A stretch of DNA of 63,067 bases, counting the filler, from Globobulimina sp. (Eukaryota), in NCBI GenBank assembly GCA_003354225.1. It is 19 parts of 19 records of this genome, joined end to end, with 100 filler letters (N's around TTAATTAATTAA, not from the genome) between each part and the next. Parts side by side here need not be neighbours in the genome. Positions count along the whole stretch, not along the records: positions 1 to 3,229 come from PIVH01003367.1; positions 3,330 to 6,557 come from PIVH01003368.1; positions 6,658 to 9,885 come from PIVH01003369.1; positions 9,986 to 13,212 come from PIVH01003370.1; 15 more parts are not named here. One strand, given 5' to 3'. Positions 1-11,771 of the stretch are shown in pieces. Below the pieces are notes generated by a model. It was not told the origin of the DNA, did not search any database, and saw only the letters and a list, made by a program, of their open reading frames with translations. Positions within the stretch are counted from its first letter, which is position 1. Each line of letters opens with the position of its first letter. The translations under genes were made by a program, and so were the position numbers.

Positions 1-1
1 A

Positions 2-896
2 AAAAAAAAAAAAAAAATTATCAAAGAAGACGCCAAAGCCAAGAAAAGAGCAAAGGCTGCGGCAAAAGTAGAGGCTAAAAAGAGAAAAAAGAACGACCCA
101 AACAAAGTGAAAATAGATCAAACATTTGGACTCAAAAACAAAAAAGGATCGAAAAATAGGCGATTTGTTAAAAATGCAATGAATAATATGAATCAAGAGG
201 AAATCCAAAAAAAAAGGGAACGCGAACAAAAGAAACGTGAAAAGCAAATGTTGCGTCGAATGAAGGAAGAGGAGGACGCATTGTTCAAAACTGTTGATAG
301 TTTGCCACAATTTAAAAAAAAACAAAAAAAGAAACAAAATGAGCAAGAAGAAGAGAAAAAAGTTGAAGTTGACGATGAAACATTGCTAAATAACTGCGAC
401 CCCGATGAGTTGGACAAATTAATTGATCGATTGGTATGCGGTTCTGTTATTTGTCTATCCTCGCACTTTGATATCATATCATATCATTTACATTATAATT
501 ATATTAATATAGAGAGTAAAGTTTGACAATCAGACTGGTTTGACGCCAGTGAATGAAAAGACATTCAATGAATGGTTAGAAAGAAAAAAGAGCGAAAAAG
601 AGGCTGAAAAAGAAGCCAAAGCAAAGAGAAAACTAAAAAGAAAAGGAAAAAAAAAGGGACTCACAGGAAAGGAATTGTTTTTATTAACACCCACTGTCTT
701 TAAAGATGATGAGGATGCCGCTGAGGACATTATATTTGAAAAAGATGAACAATCAAAACTCAACAACAATAATAATAATAATAATAATAATAACAATACT
801 AATAATTCAGATATTGCAGCAGTTAATGATGTTTGTGATGCCTCATTATTCCTTGAAATGGATGATATGTTGGACGAAATGGATATCATTGATTGA
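2..896 (+). CDS. Tma46/ZC3H15 (DFRP1)-like DRG GTPase partner, 5'-partial; intron 434-512
   Basis: TFGLKNKKG N-terminal signature. A phase-0 GT-AG intron joins ORF 107-526 to ORF 540-896, giving LTPVNEKTFNEWLERK...LTGKELF (DFRP C-terminal motif). No CCCH fingers seen. Confidence 0.75.
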
Positions 897-1258
897 ATGA
901 ATTAATGATCAAACATAATTATAACAAATCATTCGTTATCATTACAGGCTGATTTGTTATAAAATTGTTGTTACCACTACGACTATGATGTTGTTGTTTG
1001 AGAAAACTCTACGACTACGATAGATCTATCATACTAACTATAGACTACCGGACCACAGTAACCGTGCTCTGGAAACACGCTCCAAAGTCAAATCCGATAC
1101 TTTTGGCCTAAAAAAAACTGGCTGTTTGTCCAACATATTTAATTTTATTATAAATTTATACTAATTGAGGCTAGGGAGGCCAAATTGGTTTTTATTTTAT
1201 TTTTGTTAAATCAAATCAATTGTGGAATTGACTTTAATTCCTTAATAATTTAGCTAGG

Positions 1259-1320
1259 AAAACAGACAAATAAAACAGACAAACAAAACAGACAAACAAA
1301 ACAGACAAACAAAACAGAGA
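1259..1320. repeat. Minisatellite, 13-bp unit (AAAACAGACAAAC), about 4.5 copies
   Basis: Read directly from the sequence; lies downstream of the ankyrin-PH gene. Confidence 0.85.
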
Positions 1321-1381
1321 TAAAAAAAATAATGATAAAAAAAAAGTGAATATTATTTTACAGTGTATTATACATTGCAAC

Positions 1382-2759
1382 TTATTTTGTGCCCAAATAA
1401 GTAAGCACAGACTTGACGTGGGCCACATGTTTGGCCAATGATTTAACCCAAAAATCCCTATCACTTTTAGTTGCACAGCGCCACACATATTCCTTCTTCT
1501 TTTTCTTTGATCCGACATTAAATGCAAACTTCCTTTGCGTTTTACCTTTGGTCACTGCTCTTATTTCTGTTATACTCATAATATTTATTGATTTATTAAA
1601 CTTCTTTCTCTGTTTCGCATCCTTCACATTCTTAATCTCTCTTTGAATATCACTCCATAACAAATGTGAGCCTTTCACAATGACCCATCTCTTGTGATAT
1701 TGGTACGGCATCGAATGTTGCTTCTTTTCCAACCAAGCCGCCAATACTGGCAAACCTTCCTTTGCATCGGCAATCAGCTGCATCTCCGCCAGTGCTTTTT
1801 TGTTATTGCTATGTTTTAATTTTCCAAATGGATTTGATCGCGCTACACGCAACGACTCCATTTTCAGTCTATCTGAGGCATCTAATTTCTCATCAAATGT
1901 ACGATTATCACTAAAACGTTGCTGCTCCGACGGTATATATAACGATATTGCATCCTCCGTCATGTTGAACTGTGGGGTGCGTCCCGTATTTACACCCAAT
2001 ATATTGTCAACCTCATCATATATGCCTCCGGCGCCGGCTTCAGGGCTGAGAGGCTCAACGGAGCCGAGTCTCTCTCGAATCTCAATTTGTGTGTCAGGCG
2101 CTAATAATTCTACGATGTCATCGTCGCGGTTGTCACTGGCGATGGTTAGCGGTGTTTCGTACGCGTTGTTGGTGATGTTTACATCAGCCAAATATTTGGA
2201 TAATAAGGCAACTACTTTTACATCACGTGTGCGGGCAGCGGTATGTAACGCAGTCTCTCCATTCTTCTTGTTTTGGGCATTGGGGGAGGCGCCATTTTCT
2301 AATAAATATAATATGAGATTGGAACATTTGTTTTTTACGGCTACTTGTAATGGATTATCACCATTCTCATATATTAATTGTAATAGATTTAATTCAGGAT
2401 ATTCCTGCACAAAATGCATTACTAAATATATAGATTATTAATTGGGATTGTGTCGTTGCAATAAAATACAGTGTTTTTCGAAATTACTTACCTAGAGAAT
2501 CATTACCATTTTGTACAGCGTTTTGGAATCCATTTTTTGCTTTTTCTTTTTCATGAATGGTATGTGGAGTCTCTGGTGTCATTTCAGCTGAACTTTGTGT
2601 TGTATTTATTAAATGATCGTTCGCATCCATATTAAAGTCAGAATCACTGTCTGATATTCCTTCATATGTCTGTGGCTGCGTTCTGTTTGCATGCACATGT
2701 GACGTTATTTGGGGTGTACCAACAGTTTGGTCGTCAATTGAACAACATGTTTGTCCCAT
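1382..2759 (-). CDS. Ankyrin-repeat + PH-domain protein with N-terminal acylation motif; intron 2422-2491
   Basis: Starts MGQTCC. Ankyrin motifs GDNPLQVAV, GETALHTAA, ETPLTIA. PH domain WLEKK...KRWVIVKG...RDFWVKSL. A phase-1 intron joins the two ORFs in frame. Confidence 0.85.
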
Positions 2760-2991
2760 GGTTTCAAATTCAAAGTTTAATCACAGTTGTGAAGTTTTCT
2801 AATCGCCAAAGGTTGCTTTTGAAAGTGTTAAAATAATGTTCTCATCTCAAATGGCATGACAAATTACAAATAACGTGTACGAACAAAAAATACCAACAAA
2901 ATGAAAAACAAATGAAAAAATAAAAATATAATTTGCACAAATTACGTACATAAACATAACAGTGATAGTACGGAAAGTGCAAAGTAATTAA

Positions 2992-3229
2992 CTAATCGTT
3001 TGCCCCTAAATAAGATATGATTGATTTTAAATGTTTTATATGTTGTCTTAGTCCGTTGACCCACAAATCCCTCTCGTTTCTTGTAGAACATTTCCATAAA
3101 TATTGCAGCTTTTTATTTTTGATGCCATCTCCAAGCACCTCAATTACAAATCTTCTTTGCGTTTTTCCTTTTGTAACCGGCTCAATATTGGTAATAGCCA
3201 TTAAGTGAATGGAATTATTAAATTTTTCC
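2992..3229 (-). CDS. 3' end of a tandem paralogous PH-domain protein (5'-partial)
   Basis: VTKGKTQRRF...WKCSTRNERDLWV...YLG closely parallels the C-terminus of the adjacent gene. Confidence 0.8.
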
Positions 3230-3329
3230 NNNNNNNNNNNNNNNNNNNNNNNNNNNNNNNNNNNNNNNNNNNNTTAATTAATTAANNNNNNNNNNNNNNN
3301 NNNNNNNNNNNNNNNNNNNNNNNNNNNNN
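3230..3329. other. Artificial contig spacer; 18 copies starting at 3230, 6558, 9886, 13213, 16539, 19865, 23190, 26515, 29839, 33163, 36487, 39811, 43135, 46458, 49781, 53103, 56425, 59747
   Basis: Identical 100-nt N linkers with a central TTAATTAATTAA (stops in all six frames); contigs fall in length from about 3229 to 3221 nt. Confidence 0.99.
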
Positions 3330-3713
3330 CTAAACCAACCCTCAAAAAATCTGCGAAATGGTATGATCCTTTTAATTGCCACGATGAGGCTCATCCAGAT
3401 TATGATCCAAATAAATGTAATCCTAAAATTGCCGGTGATTTTAGTCTCGCAATTTGTCGTTTATTGGATGAGAGAAAACCAGCCAATGATGTATGTAATT
3501 TTATGTTTTTATTGTTGGTTTTTTATACAAAAAAAAACTATACCTAAACAGAGTTCTGATTTGCCAGCAAATCAGAAACGATTCAATGAATATAAATTTG
3601 TTGTGGATGAATTTAAAAAGGATCCACGATATAAATCTAGATATTCACATCAAAAACATAATATACCTCCTCTTATTTTGCAAAAAATTACTTCCCTTTA
3701 TCGATCTGATTGA
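3330..3713 (+). CDS. 3' end of an unknown spliced gene, possibly carried by a transposon; intron about 3491-3551
   Basis: Open frame KPTLKKSAKWYDPFNCHDE...KPAND, then GTATGT...AAACAG, then SSDLPANQKRF...RSD*. Confidence 0.45.
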   Translation, partial: LNQPSKNLRNGMILLIATMRLIQIMIQINVILKLPVILVSQFVVYWMRENQPMMYVILCFYCWFFIQKKTIPKQSSDLPANQKRFNEYKFVVDEFKKDPRYKSRYSHQKHNIPPLILQKITSLYRSD

Positions 3714-3889
3714 GTTTTATATTTATTTTATGTTTATTTATATAATATTACATTTTTTTATTATTATTTATTAATTTTATATCCTTATTATGTGCAAATT
3801 GATGTTTTGTTGTTGTTTATATACAATTATTATTATTGTGTTATTTCTGTATTATTGCAATGCGTTTGAATGAGTTTTGTTGTTGTTTA

Positions 3890-4316
3890 CAATGTCAGTT
3901 TGTCAATTTATTAATTATATTTGTATCAATTTTATCAATTTTTCAATTTTTCAAATTGTCAATTTGTCAATTTTTCAGATTTGCGTATTCAAATTCAAAT
4001 TCCACAATGTCAAATAATCAAAATTTGTCGATATTTTTCTTGTTTTTCAGACTTTTGCTCCAAAATATCTGTTGGTTTTCAACCATTATAAAGCATCCTA
4101 CAATGATCTCTGATTGATGTACATTGATAATACATACCGCAGTCACGGGGCAAATGCTTTCAGAGACGACGCCATGCTTTTTGATTTTCTGTCAAATTTG
4201 AAAAATGAAAAGTTTGACAAGTGAAAACATTTGGGCCATGGAGGAGTTAGTGGTACTGTCAAATTGTCAAATCGTTTTTGTCAAATTGTCAAAAAAATAG
4301 CGGACCAAACCCTTAA
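3890..4316 (-). mobile_element. Putative DNA-transposon terminus (TTAA followed by GGGTTTGGTCCGC on the minus strand) with many TGTCAA subterminal repeats
   Basis: Repeated (AAT)TGTCAA motifs. The coding frame of the neighbouring gene degenerates right after TTAA at about 4313-4316. Confidence 0.45.
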
Positions 4317-5720
4317 ATCTGATCTGAAATTGAGTTGGTATCCATTGATAAAATGATTGTGCTTCGAATTCCATTTGTTTTGCAATCGGTGCATACATCA
4401 GCTGCGGATGCGGACTCTTATCAATCTTATCGAGTTCATCTAATAATTCCTCAATATTAATATCATTATTTGTGTATTTTTGATATGCTGCTTTGTTGAA
4501 AGAGACGTGGTTTGGTGATATTATATCAGCCACAATGTCATTACATCTTAATCTATAAAACACTTTATTTGTGATTAGTGACTGATCGATTTCATTCTCT
4601 TTATTATCACCATTATTTCCCCACAAATCAATAACTTTATTATCACCAATTTCTGTCTCTCGTTTATGTTGTAATGCTTTATTTAATTGATTTAAGAGAT
4701 TTTCATCATTTAAGTGTGATATCACAACTTCATGTTTTAATATAAAACTCGAGTGAGTTGAATCGATATCATAAACAGTACACATACCAACACATAAATG
4801 GCACGTTTGAAATAAAAATATAATCCATATTGGTATAAAAACCACAGACATTGTAAATAAAACATTATAACTAAAATAAATAATCCATAAAACAATAAAT
4901 GTAATCCATGAACATGCAGTAAAACAAAAGGGTATAAAATAACAAAATAATGCGGCAAACATAAACATTGGAGTTTGAGCGATCAATGTCCAATCTTTGA
5001 TAGATAGGGCATCCGCACTAACATGGCAGATTGAGAGTATATTCCATTTAATATGCATCACAAAATCTGACATGTTAGTTTGGAGCATAAATATAAATAT
5101 ATATATAGTGATGTACCTAAGATAGTGTCCAAACATATGAATAAGACAATCATTGGTAAACTTACATATAATGAATCTATATCCATTTTAAAATCGTTTT
5201 GTAATATTATACAAATTAATATCCACAAAGACACAAATGATATTGATGTGGAAACAAAATATAAATGGAGACTTTTTGGATGTAAATAAATCCAAACCTG
5301 ATACAATATCATTGATATAAATAAGGGGATAAAACATAGAGTATACCATAGTGATACAATATCATTCATTCTAATCTCTATGAAATGTAAAATAATAGCT
5401 ATGAAAACCATGGTTATTCCAATAAAAAATAAAAAATATTCAACAAATATATATTTGCTTTCACTTTGAGATACTTCCGGATAAATAATAGGAATAAAAA
5501 GGGATAAACTTTCAAGTGGATCACGAAATAAGTATGGATGTTTTCCATTGTTTTTCATGTATATAAAATAAAATAAGTAAACACAAGTTGCGGTATAGAC
5601 CCAAATACCAGATATTGCGACTAGAGCACAAATAAAATAACAAATATAATTATTATAGTAGTTTAAATAAAAAATAGTGAAATCGATACTTTCCATACGA
5701 AATAATAATAGACTCACCAT
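4267..5720 (-). CDS. Multi-pass membrane protein fused to the start of a DUF4246-like domain, probably truncated at about 4316; intron 5067-5116
   Basis: A phase-1 intron joins ORFs 5058-5720 and 4267-5136. Many hydrophobic helices. DIVADIISPNHVSF and FYQWIPTQF resemble DUF4246 motifs. Confidence 0.6.
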
Positions 5721-5885
5721 GGTGAAAATGCTAATGCGTTAACACTGGCTGTGGCGCTCTTGTCAATCATGATCAGTGTTTGTGTTTGTGTTTTTTAGCC
5801 TTTGTTTGAGACAAACATGGCCTGAAAAGATATTTACAACTTACTGCGTAATATAAGTCCGAATTCAAAATACATTTACAGCAAA

Positions 5886-6557
5886 TTACAGGTGAATTGG
5901 TTCTGTAATCACGCCAACACCAATTGTCCTGCCAGCCTCTCTCAGAATAAATCTCAGATCCTTCCAAATCACCGCAGAATGCTGCAACAAAACAGTTATT
6001 CCTCCAACACGTTCACCTGGCATTATAACACCATTCTTTTCGCTCGGCATTCCCTCAATGGTTCCAGTACAATCATTAGTAGTAAAATGAAATATAGGTT
6101 GGAATCCGACGCCTATCGGTGTAGTCTTACCAATGCAATCATCATTATCCCTACTTTCACACTCAAAAAATTCAACATCACATTTAAATCTCCAATATGC
6201 TCTCACCAAAACATCTCCATTTTTACCCTTACTTTGTTTGACGACATACATTCCACGTTTAACATTTTTGCCGTTCACATTATTTCCATGTAAAGCAATG
6301 CCCAAATAATCTCTCTTTCGGCCAACTTTGACACTGTGATCAAACAACTTCAATGAAGCAACATTTGCATCAATATTTACATTCTTTGTCGATAAAAACT
6401 TATTATTCGTTGCATATGAAACACCACCAATTAATTCAACATTATCTCCATTGTTCAATACGCCTTGAATTGCTTTACCAATCACTGCCATTCCGACACC
6501 TTTTAGATTATGGATTATTTCTATCGGTAATAAAAACGGAGTGTGCTCGGAAACGTT
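5886..6557 (-). CDS. Divergent EF-Tu-like protein, domains II-III (5'-partial)
   Basis: PFLLPIE, GDNVELIG, VKRGMYV, GFQPIFHFTTNDCTG, VIMPGE and RFILREAGRTIGVGVITE match the bacterial/organellar EF-Tu C-terminal half. Confidence 0.8.
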   Translation of the reverse strand, partial: NVSEHTPFLLPIEIIHNLKGVGMAVIGKAIQGVLNNGDNVELIGGVSYATNNKFLSTKNVNIDANVASLKLFDHSVKVGRKRDYLGIALHGNNVNGKNVKRGMYVVKQSKGKNGDVLVRAYWRFKCDVEFFECESRDNDDCIGKTTPIGVGFQPIFHFTTNDCTGTIEGMPSEKNGVIMPGERVGGITVLLQHSAVIWKDLRFILREAGRTIGVGVITEPIHL

Positions 6558-6659
6558 NNNNNNNNNNNNNNNNNNNNNNNNNNNNNNNNNNNNNNNNNNN
6601 NTTAATTAATTAANNNNNNNNNNNNNNNNNNNNNNNNNNNNNNNNNNNNNNNNNNNNTA

Positions 6660-6830
6660 GGGAATAAATGGGAGAGTTATTTGAAATTATTGCAAGCAGA
6701 TTACACAGCCGGAGAAGCATTATCTGCGCTAAAATTGCATAGATATTGTTGTAGGAGAATGTTGTTGACGCATGTTGATCTTATTGAAAAATTATTGAAT
6801 TACAATATTTGGAAAAGTGCGGCGCACTGA
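6660..6830 (+). CDS. RPB10: RNA polymerase I/II/III shared subunit RPABC5 (Rpb10), 5'-partial; absent from the ORF track
   Basis: Manual translation [48 protein letters not shown] contains the RYCCRRM signature. Confidence 0.95.
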   Translation, partial: GNKWESYLKLLQADYTAGEALSALKLHRYCCRRMLLTHVDLIEKLLNYNIWKSAAH

Positions 6831-7048
6831 ATTGCAAAATAACAAGTGAACATGCAAAAATGTCTGCATCCTCATTGTCCCGTCACACTAAAGTGATTTT
6901 GAATTGAATATAAACTCTGCATTGTTAGAAAGCCTCTTTTGAGTTATCCTTGCACCATACAGCGAACCTTGAAAAGTTGAAAACTATAATTATGTACGTA
7001 AAGCAGAATAAAATGGTATATATATCAGTATGAACGGAATAGATGCGA

Positions 7049-8615
7049 TCATTGTTTGTCATAAACATAAACCACCTCAGATCGTGTTTCACTTTCAATC
7101 ATGAAGAATACAGTCCATCTTCTAATATCAAATTTCATTTTTTTGAATTTATGTTGATACTCTGGAATAAATTTGGTGGCATTCAAATCATCAAATAATA
7201 TCACTTCCAAACTACAATTAATATTTCTTTCAATACTTAGCAAAATATCATCCAATATTTCTTTGGTCACTGTTATACCACAAATCTTCAATTCGATTGC
7301 TCCACGAAATACAACACTTAATTTCGTCAAATCAATCCAGGATAAATCTGCCCTACAAAACAAGGCAGTGATCGAGCTATATTTTGATTTCGTAAACATT
7401 GCTCTCCAATTTATAAACAATCGTTTCACTGAATGCGTAAAATACACTTTCATCAGTTCCTGTGCATAGGCATCAAACCCAAATGGTTTATACTCTTCCA
7501 ACATTGTCGACAATTGATGTCCAACAATGACAGTCGCTAAATTAATTACACATTTATCGAAAATATTAGAAACTGGTTCTTCTGATATCAAGTCAGTAAT
7601 CAATTGCAATGCCAACAAAATTCCTCCATATTCTTTTCCAGTGAGTGCGGATATAATATTTATAATCGATATAGATTCAATACTGTCCAATTCTGTCACC
7701 TTTGTCACTTCTGTGTCTGTCGTGCTTTTCACATAATATGTTATTTATTGTTTGAAACGTAGCGTTCTCATATTTTGTATCAGTTTTACGCTCATTATTC
7801 TGTATCATTATTTTCTCGCTGATCATCAATCTGCTCCCAATGTCGAATGAGTGGCAATAATAACAATGTATTGTATCCATAATTTGCATCGAAGCAATGT
7901 CTTTAAATGCTAACTTTTCTGCATGCTTTTCGTTCCTATAATGTCTGCCATACGCTGTACATTGCTCGATATCGCATTGACCACCAAACAGATTATATAT
8001 TTGCTCAAACTCTGGATCCGTAGTATGAAATAATAATAAATGATGAAACTCTTTGAGTCTTTGCATGATCCCTTCAACGACAACATGGTTGGAATTGAAT
8101 TTCTGCATAAAAGGTCGGAGATTTGTGCTGTATGAACATTCGTCAATATATCCATCGCAACTATATTTTTTTTTGGTTTTTTTTCGATTCTGATTTGTAT
8201 TATTGAGCAAATATTGGGCTGCGATGTGTATATCACTTCGGCTATGACGCCAAGCTTTTTTTGCTGCTGTTTCGTCAAAACCCATTGCTATCAATGTTTG
8301 GATTTTGGTGGAATCGAATTTGTCATCATATTGAGTTGTGTGACTGGAATGATTATCTGTTGTTTGATGCTTACAGTTTGAGCAAATATATGTAAATAGC
8401 TAGGCTGCTTAACTGTGGCTTTGATCATTTTGTAATGGTGATTGGCAAATTTCGCATTTGTTATTATCGCTGGATTGCATAAATGTGCATTGTTTGCAAG
8501 ATATTTGATTTGATTGAAATTGCGTAGTGCAACACAACTCACAGACACTATTTGACTTGGATTGGATGAATGTGCAGTTGTTGCATTCCCATTGGTTTTG
8601 TTTCAGCTGTGACAT
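7049..8615 (-). CDS. Protein with two RanBP2/NZF zinc fingers, a UBA domain and a lineage-specific His/Cys domain; introns 8357-8413 and probably 7633-7699
   Basis: WECNNCTF..CELC and CKQCTF..CEIC fingers; UBA motif LIAMGFDETAAKKA. The predicted phase-1 introns join three ORFs in frame. Confidence 0.7.
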
Positions 8616-8682
8616 TGATTTGGAGTTTTCAAAATAGCATAAATGTCAGGTTTTATACACAGTTTTTTATTTGTTTGCAAAC

Positions 8683-9829
8683 ATGGCTTCCTTCAAGTCG
8701 CTAAGATTTCTTTTAATAGCTACATTTCTTAACCTCTACTTTCATTGTATGTTTTCAGCAACGCTAGTTTTTTGCAATTGTGGATCCCAAAATTTCACGA
8801 TTTCGCCATTACCATTACCTCAAAAAACATGGTCGCACGCTTCTGCCATTTACAACAACACATTGACCATCCTCAACGGCGCAGATAGTGGATTCAGCCC
8901 AATCACTGGTTCATTCTCACTCGTATTAGAACCAGCAGCATCAAGCTGGAAACAACATATTTTAGCGTTGCCATTGGGTATAACAGGAATCTTGGTCGAA
9001 GGTGACAACACCGTCCAAGTTGATGATAAATTGTACATAATCAATCCCGATATCGCAGGAAATACCGCACTGCAATGGAATATATTATTAGTCTACGATT
9101 TATTATCACATTCATACACACGGACAGCAACACCATTGTTTTTAGCATCGTTTGCCTGCTCTGTGTATAACCGGAACCAAAACATAATTTATATTATCGG
9201 TGGCATTCCTGACGATATTGCGCAAATAGGAATGAATCAAACGCAAACCTATAATATCAGCAGCAGCAGTTTTGCGCTCGTTAGCGATATTGTGATAGCT
9301 CGTGGATACAGTGGCTGTGCTATGGATGTCAAGCATGAACATATCTTTTTATTTGGCGGTGCTCGGAGTAGACTTGACTTTGTTAATTGGGCTTTTCTGG
9401 ATTCCATTGAAAAGTATTCAGTGTCAAATGATAAATGGACTGTAATGAATCAAACATTAACTTCTAGGAAAGCAAATATTGTATGCACCACATTAGCAGT
9501 CAACAATAATATATATTGCAGCTCGAATGGCAACGATAGGAAATGGGAGGTATTTAATGCGGATACGTTTGTCATTGGGACAACACTTATAAATGTACCA
9601 AGGGAATTTTCTGCTGTCTCCGTTGATGACATTAATGCCCAGCTTGTTTTGCAATTTCTTATATAATTCGAGTGAAACATTTGGAATATGTCCATCGCCG
9701 ACATATTATCCAACGACAGGGCCAAAACCACATACAATGAAACCAACATCAACACCAACAAAAACCCCAACATTTCCAACTGTTTATCCAACTTTTATAC
9801 CGACAAATGGCCCAACTCACAGTTTGTGA
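8683..9829 (+). CDS. Secreted or surface kelch-repeat protein with a P/T-rich stalk; apparent frameshift near 9650
   Basis: Hydrophobic N-terminus; kelch motifs IYIIGG and IFLFGG...IEKYSVSNDKW. The PT-rich tail is in another frame and I found no frame-correcting intron. Confidence 0.7.
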
Positions 9830-10458
9830 ATATATATATATGTGTGTTTAATAGATGTTTTTTTTGTGTGTTTAATAGATCCAACNNNNNNNNNNNNNNN
9901 NNNNNNNNNNNNNNNNNNNNNNNNNNNNNTTAATTAATTAANNNNNNNNNNNNNNNNNNNNNNNNNNNNNNNNNNNNNNNNNNNNAAAAAATTGGAATCT
10001 TAATTTTTTTTTTGACAAATATTTAGAACACCGTTTGAACTTTATTAAACAACTGGTTTTAATGTGGTTAAGCACGTTCTTGATTATTTTGATGGAAGTT
10101 AAACAAAACAAAGAGTAAGGTTTGGTTTTAAAATGCAAGTCTTCATCTATATATCGAAATAAAATAACAAAATACAACCTATGGGTAAGTCAACTGTGAA
10201 AACATTGAACAAAATCTACTGATAAACCCGATCAAGCAATGCGATTATACGAATTTGACCATATCTTTGGTGGTGTCAACATAAAAATAATTCCGAAATT
10301 ACAATCAAAAAATATAAACCAGGTCAAAAAAACATTCAAAACAAATAGAATTCAAAAGCATTATGTATGGAAAGGTAAAAATAGCCACATGCAATAATCT
10401 GACAATAACACAAAAACGATCAGACTATGATTAAATAGTTAGTATAAATAAGAATTAA

Positions 10459-11013
10459 TTAAGCAATGTCAACAAAGCTATCACTAAAAAATTCATCATC
10501 GCACCAATCGCTAAATTCGCCACTACACTCATCAGAGTTATCAGAATTATCAGAACACCAATTTTGAGTTAAAATATCATCGACAATTAATATTGGACTC
10601 GATTGTTGTACGGATATCGATATATTGGGTGTTGGTGTTGGTGTTATATTTGATGGAATTGTAATATGCATTTTTGAATCTAAATTAAAATCAAGTGAAT
10701 CATCAATATTTATTTGTTTACCAAGTTCCAATTCTCCATTTTCTGTGTGTTGAGGCGTTAATTCTGCCAATATTTGAGATGTTGCTGGGGTCATATTAAT
10801 TGGTGGTGGAATAACCATTGCTGGTATTGGCATTTTATATGGTTTGACTTTTTGTGTTTGTTTTCTACACATTTTCTTTATGATTTTCTTCATTTTCCTC
10901 ATGTTTATGCATTGTTGTTCTTGTTTTTTCCATTGGAAAAAAGCTTCAATGTCACTTGCATGGTCCTTACGTTCATGATCAAACGGTATGCAGATTGAGA
11001 TATGGATTCCCAT
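10459..11013 (-). CDS. Hypothetical protein with low-complexity acidic tail
   Basis: 184-aa ATG ORF, head-to-head with the TPR gene. Confidence 0.55.
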   Translation of the reverse strand: MGIHISICIPFDHERKDHASDIEAFFQWKKQEQQCINMRKMKKIIKKMCRKQTQKVKPYKMPIPAMVIPPPINMTPATSQILAELTPQHTENGELELGKQINIDDSLDFNLDSKMHITIPSNITPTPTPNISISVQQSSPILIVDDILTQNWCSDNSDNSDECSGEFSDWCDDEFFSDSFVDIA

Positions 11014-11069
11014 GGTTTTAAAAAAAAGTTTGTCAAAAAAAAACTGTGTGTTTATTTAAATAATCAATA

Positions 11070-11585
11070 ATGGCTTCTCTTTCCTACAAGATTGAGTATG
11101 ATGCAGCATTGGTAGTGAAACAGAAAGGAAACGATGCATTTAAATCTGGGGACTATAAGAATGCCTTGAAATATTATTCACAAATTATAGTTTATGTCGG
11201 AATGAACTCTCAAATGCATATAAGACAAGTGACCACAAGTGTTGGTGGCGCAAATCCCTACAAACCGTCCTCTCGTACAACAACGCAACGAAACATTGAT
11301 GAGCTCAGATCGGTTGCATTCAATAATATGGCTGCGGTCTATTTGAAAATGCAGGATTATCAGCGTGCGATTGAGAAATGTAGTCATGTGTTGGAGGCAG
11401 ATCCAAGAAACAAGAAAGCATTGTTTCGGCGAGGAATGGCATATCGCAAACTAGGCAAATTGGACAAGGCTCGGAATGACTTGGTGTCAGCGGCCAGAGC
11501 ACAGAATTTGCAACAAGTTGATCCTGCGATTGAAAGGGAATTGAAATTGTTAAAAGACGACTTTGCACAAACAACAAATGTTTAA
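11070..11585 (+). CDS. Small TPR protein (FKBP/Cyp40/TTC9-type TPR)
   Basis: KQKGNDAFKSGDY, NNMAAVYLK, KALFRRGMAY, DPAIEREL. Confidence 0.9.
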   Translation: MASLSYKIEYDAALVVKQKGNDAFKSGDYKNALKYYSQIIVYVGMNSQMHIRQVTTSVGGANPYKPSSRTTTQRNIDELRSVAFNNMAAVYLKMQDYQRAIEKCSHVLEADPRNKKALFRRGMAYRKLGKLDKARNDLVSAARAQNLQQVDPAIERELKLLKDDFAQTTNV

Positions 11586-11771
11586 TATCATATATTCATC
11601 CTTGCACAATGGCTCATTGACAGTGACAGTGACGTGATATTGTTAGTATCTACAAGAAAAATCGAGGCATTCTCGCAAAAAAAAAGAGCCTCAATTATAA
11701 AAATAAAATGAAACTTTATTATACAATCAGAACTATATCATTTGATTGATTTGTTGTGTGTTGGTTATAAT

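Noticed and set aside
760-806. (AAT)n tract as a separate element
   Set aside because: An ordinary coding microsatellite giving poly-Asn.
1800-2441. Long antisense ORFs (also 33560-34042, 36952-37395, 44065-44493)
   Set aside because: They lie opposite well-supported genes and have no motifs of their own.
9986-10400. Possible coding remnants here, at 19965-20070 and at 46150-46350
   Set aside because: Short frames with stops and no recognisable motif; too weak to call.
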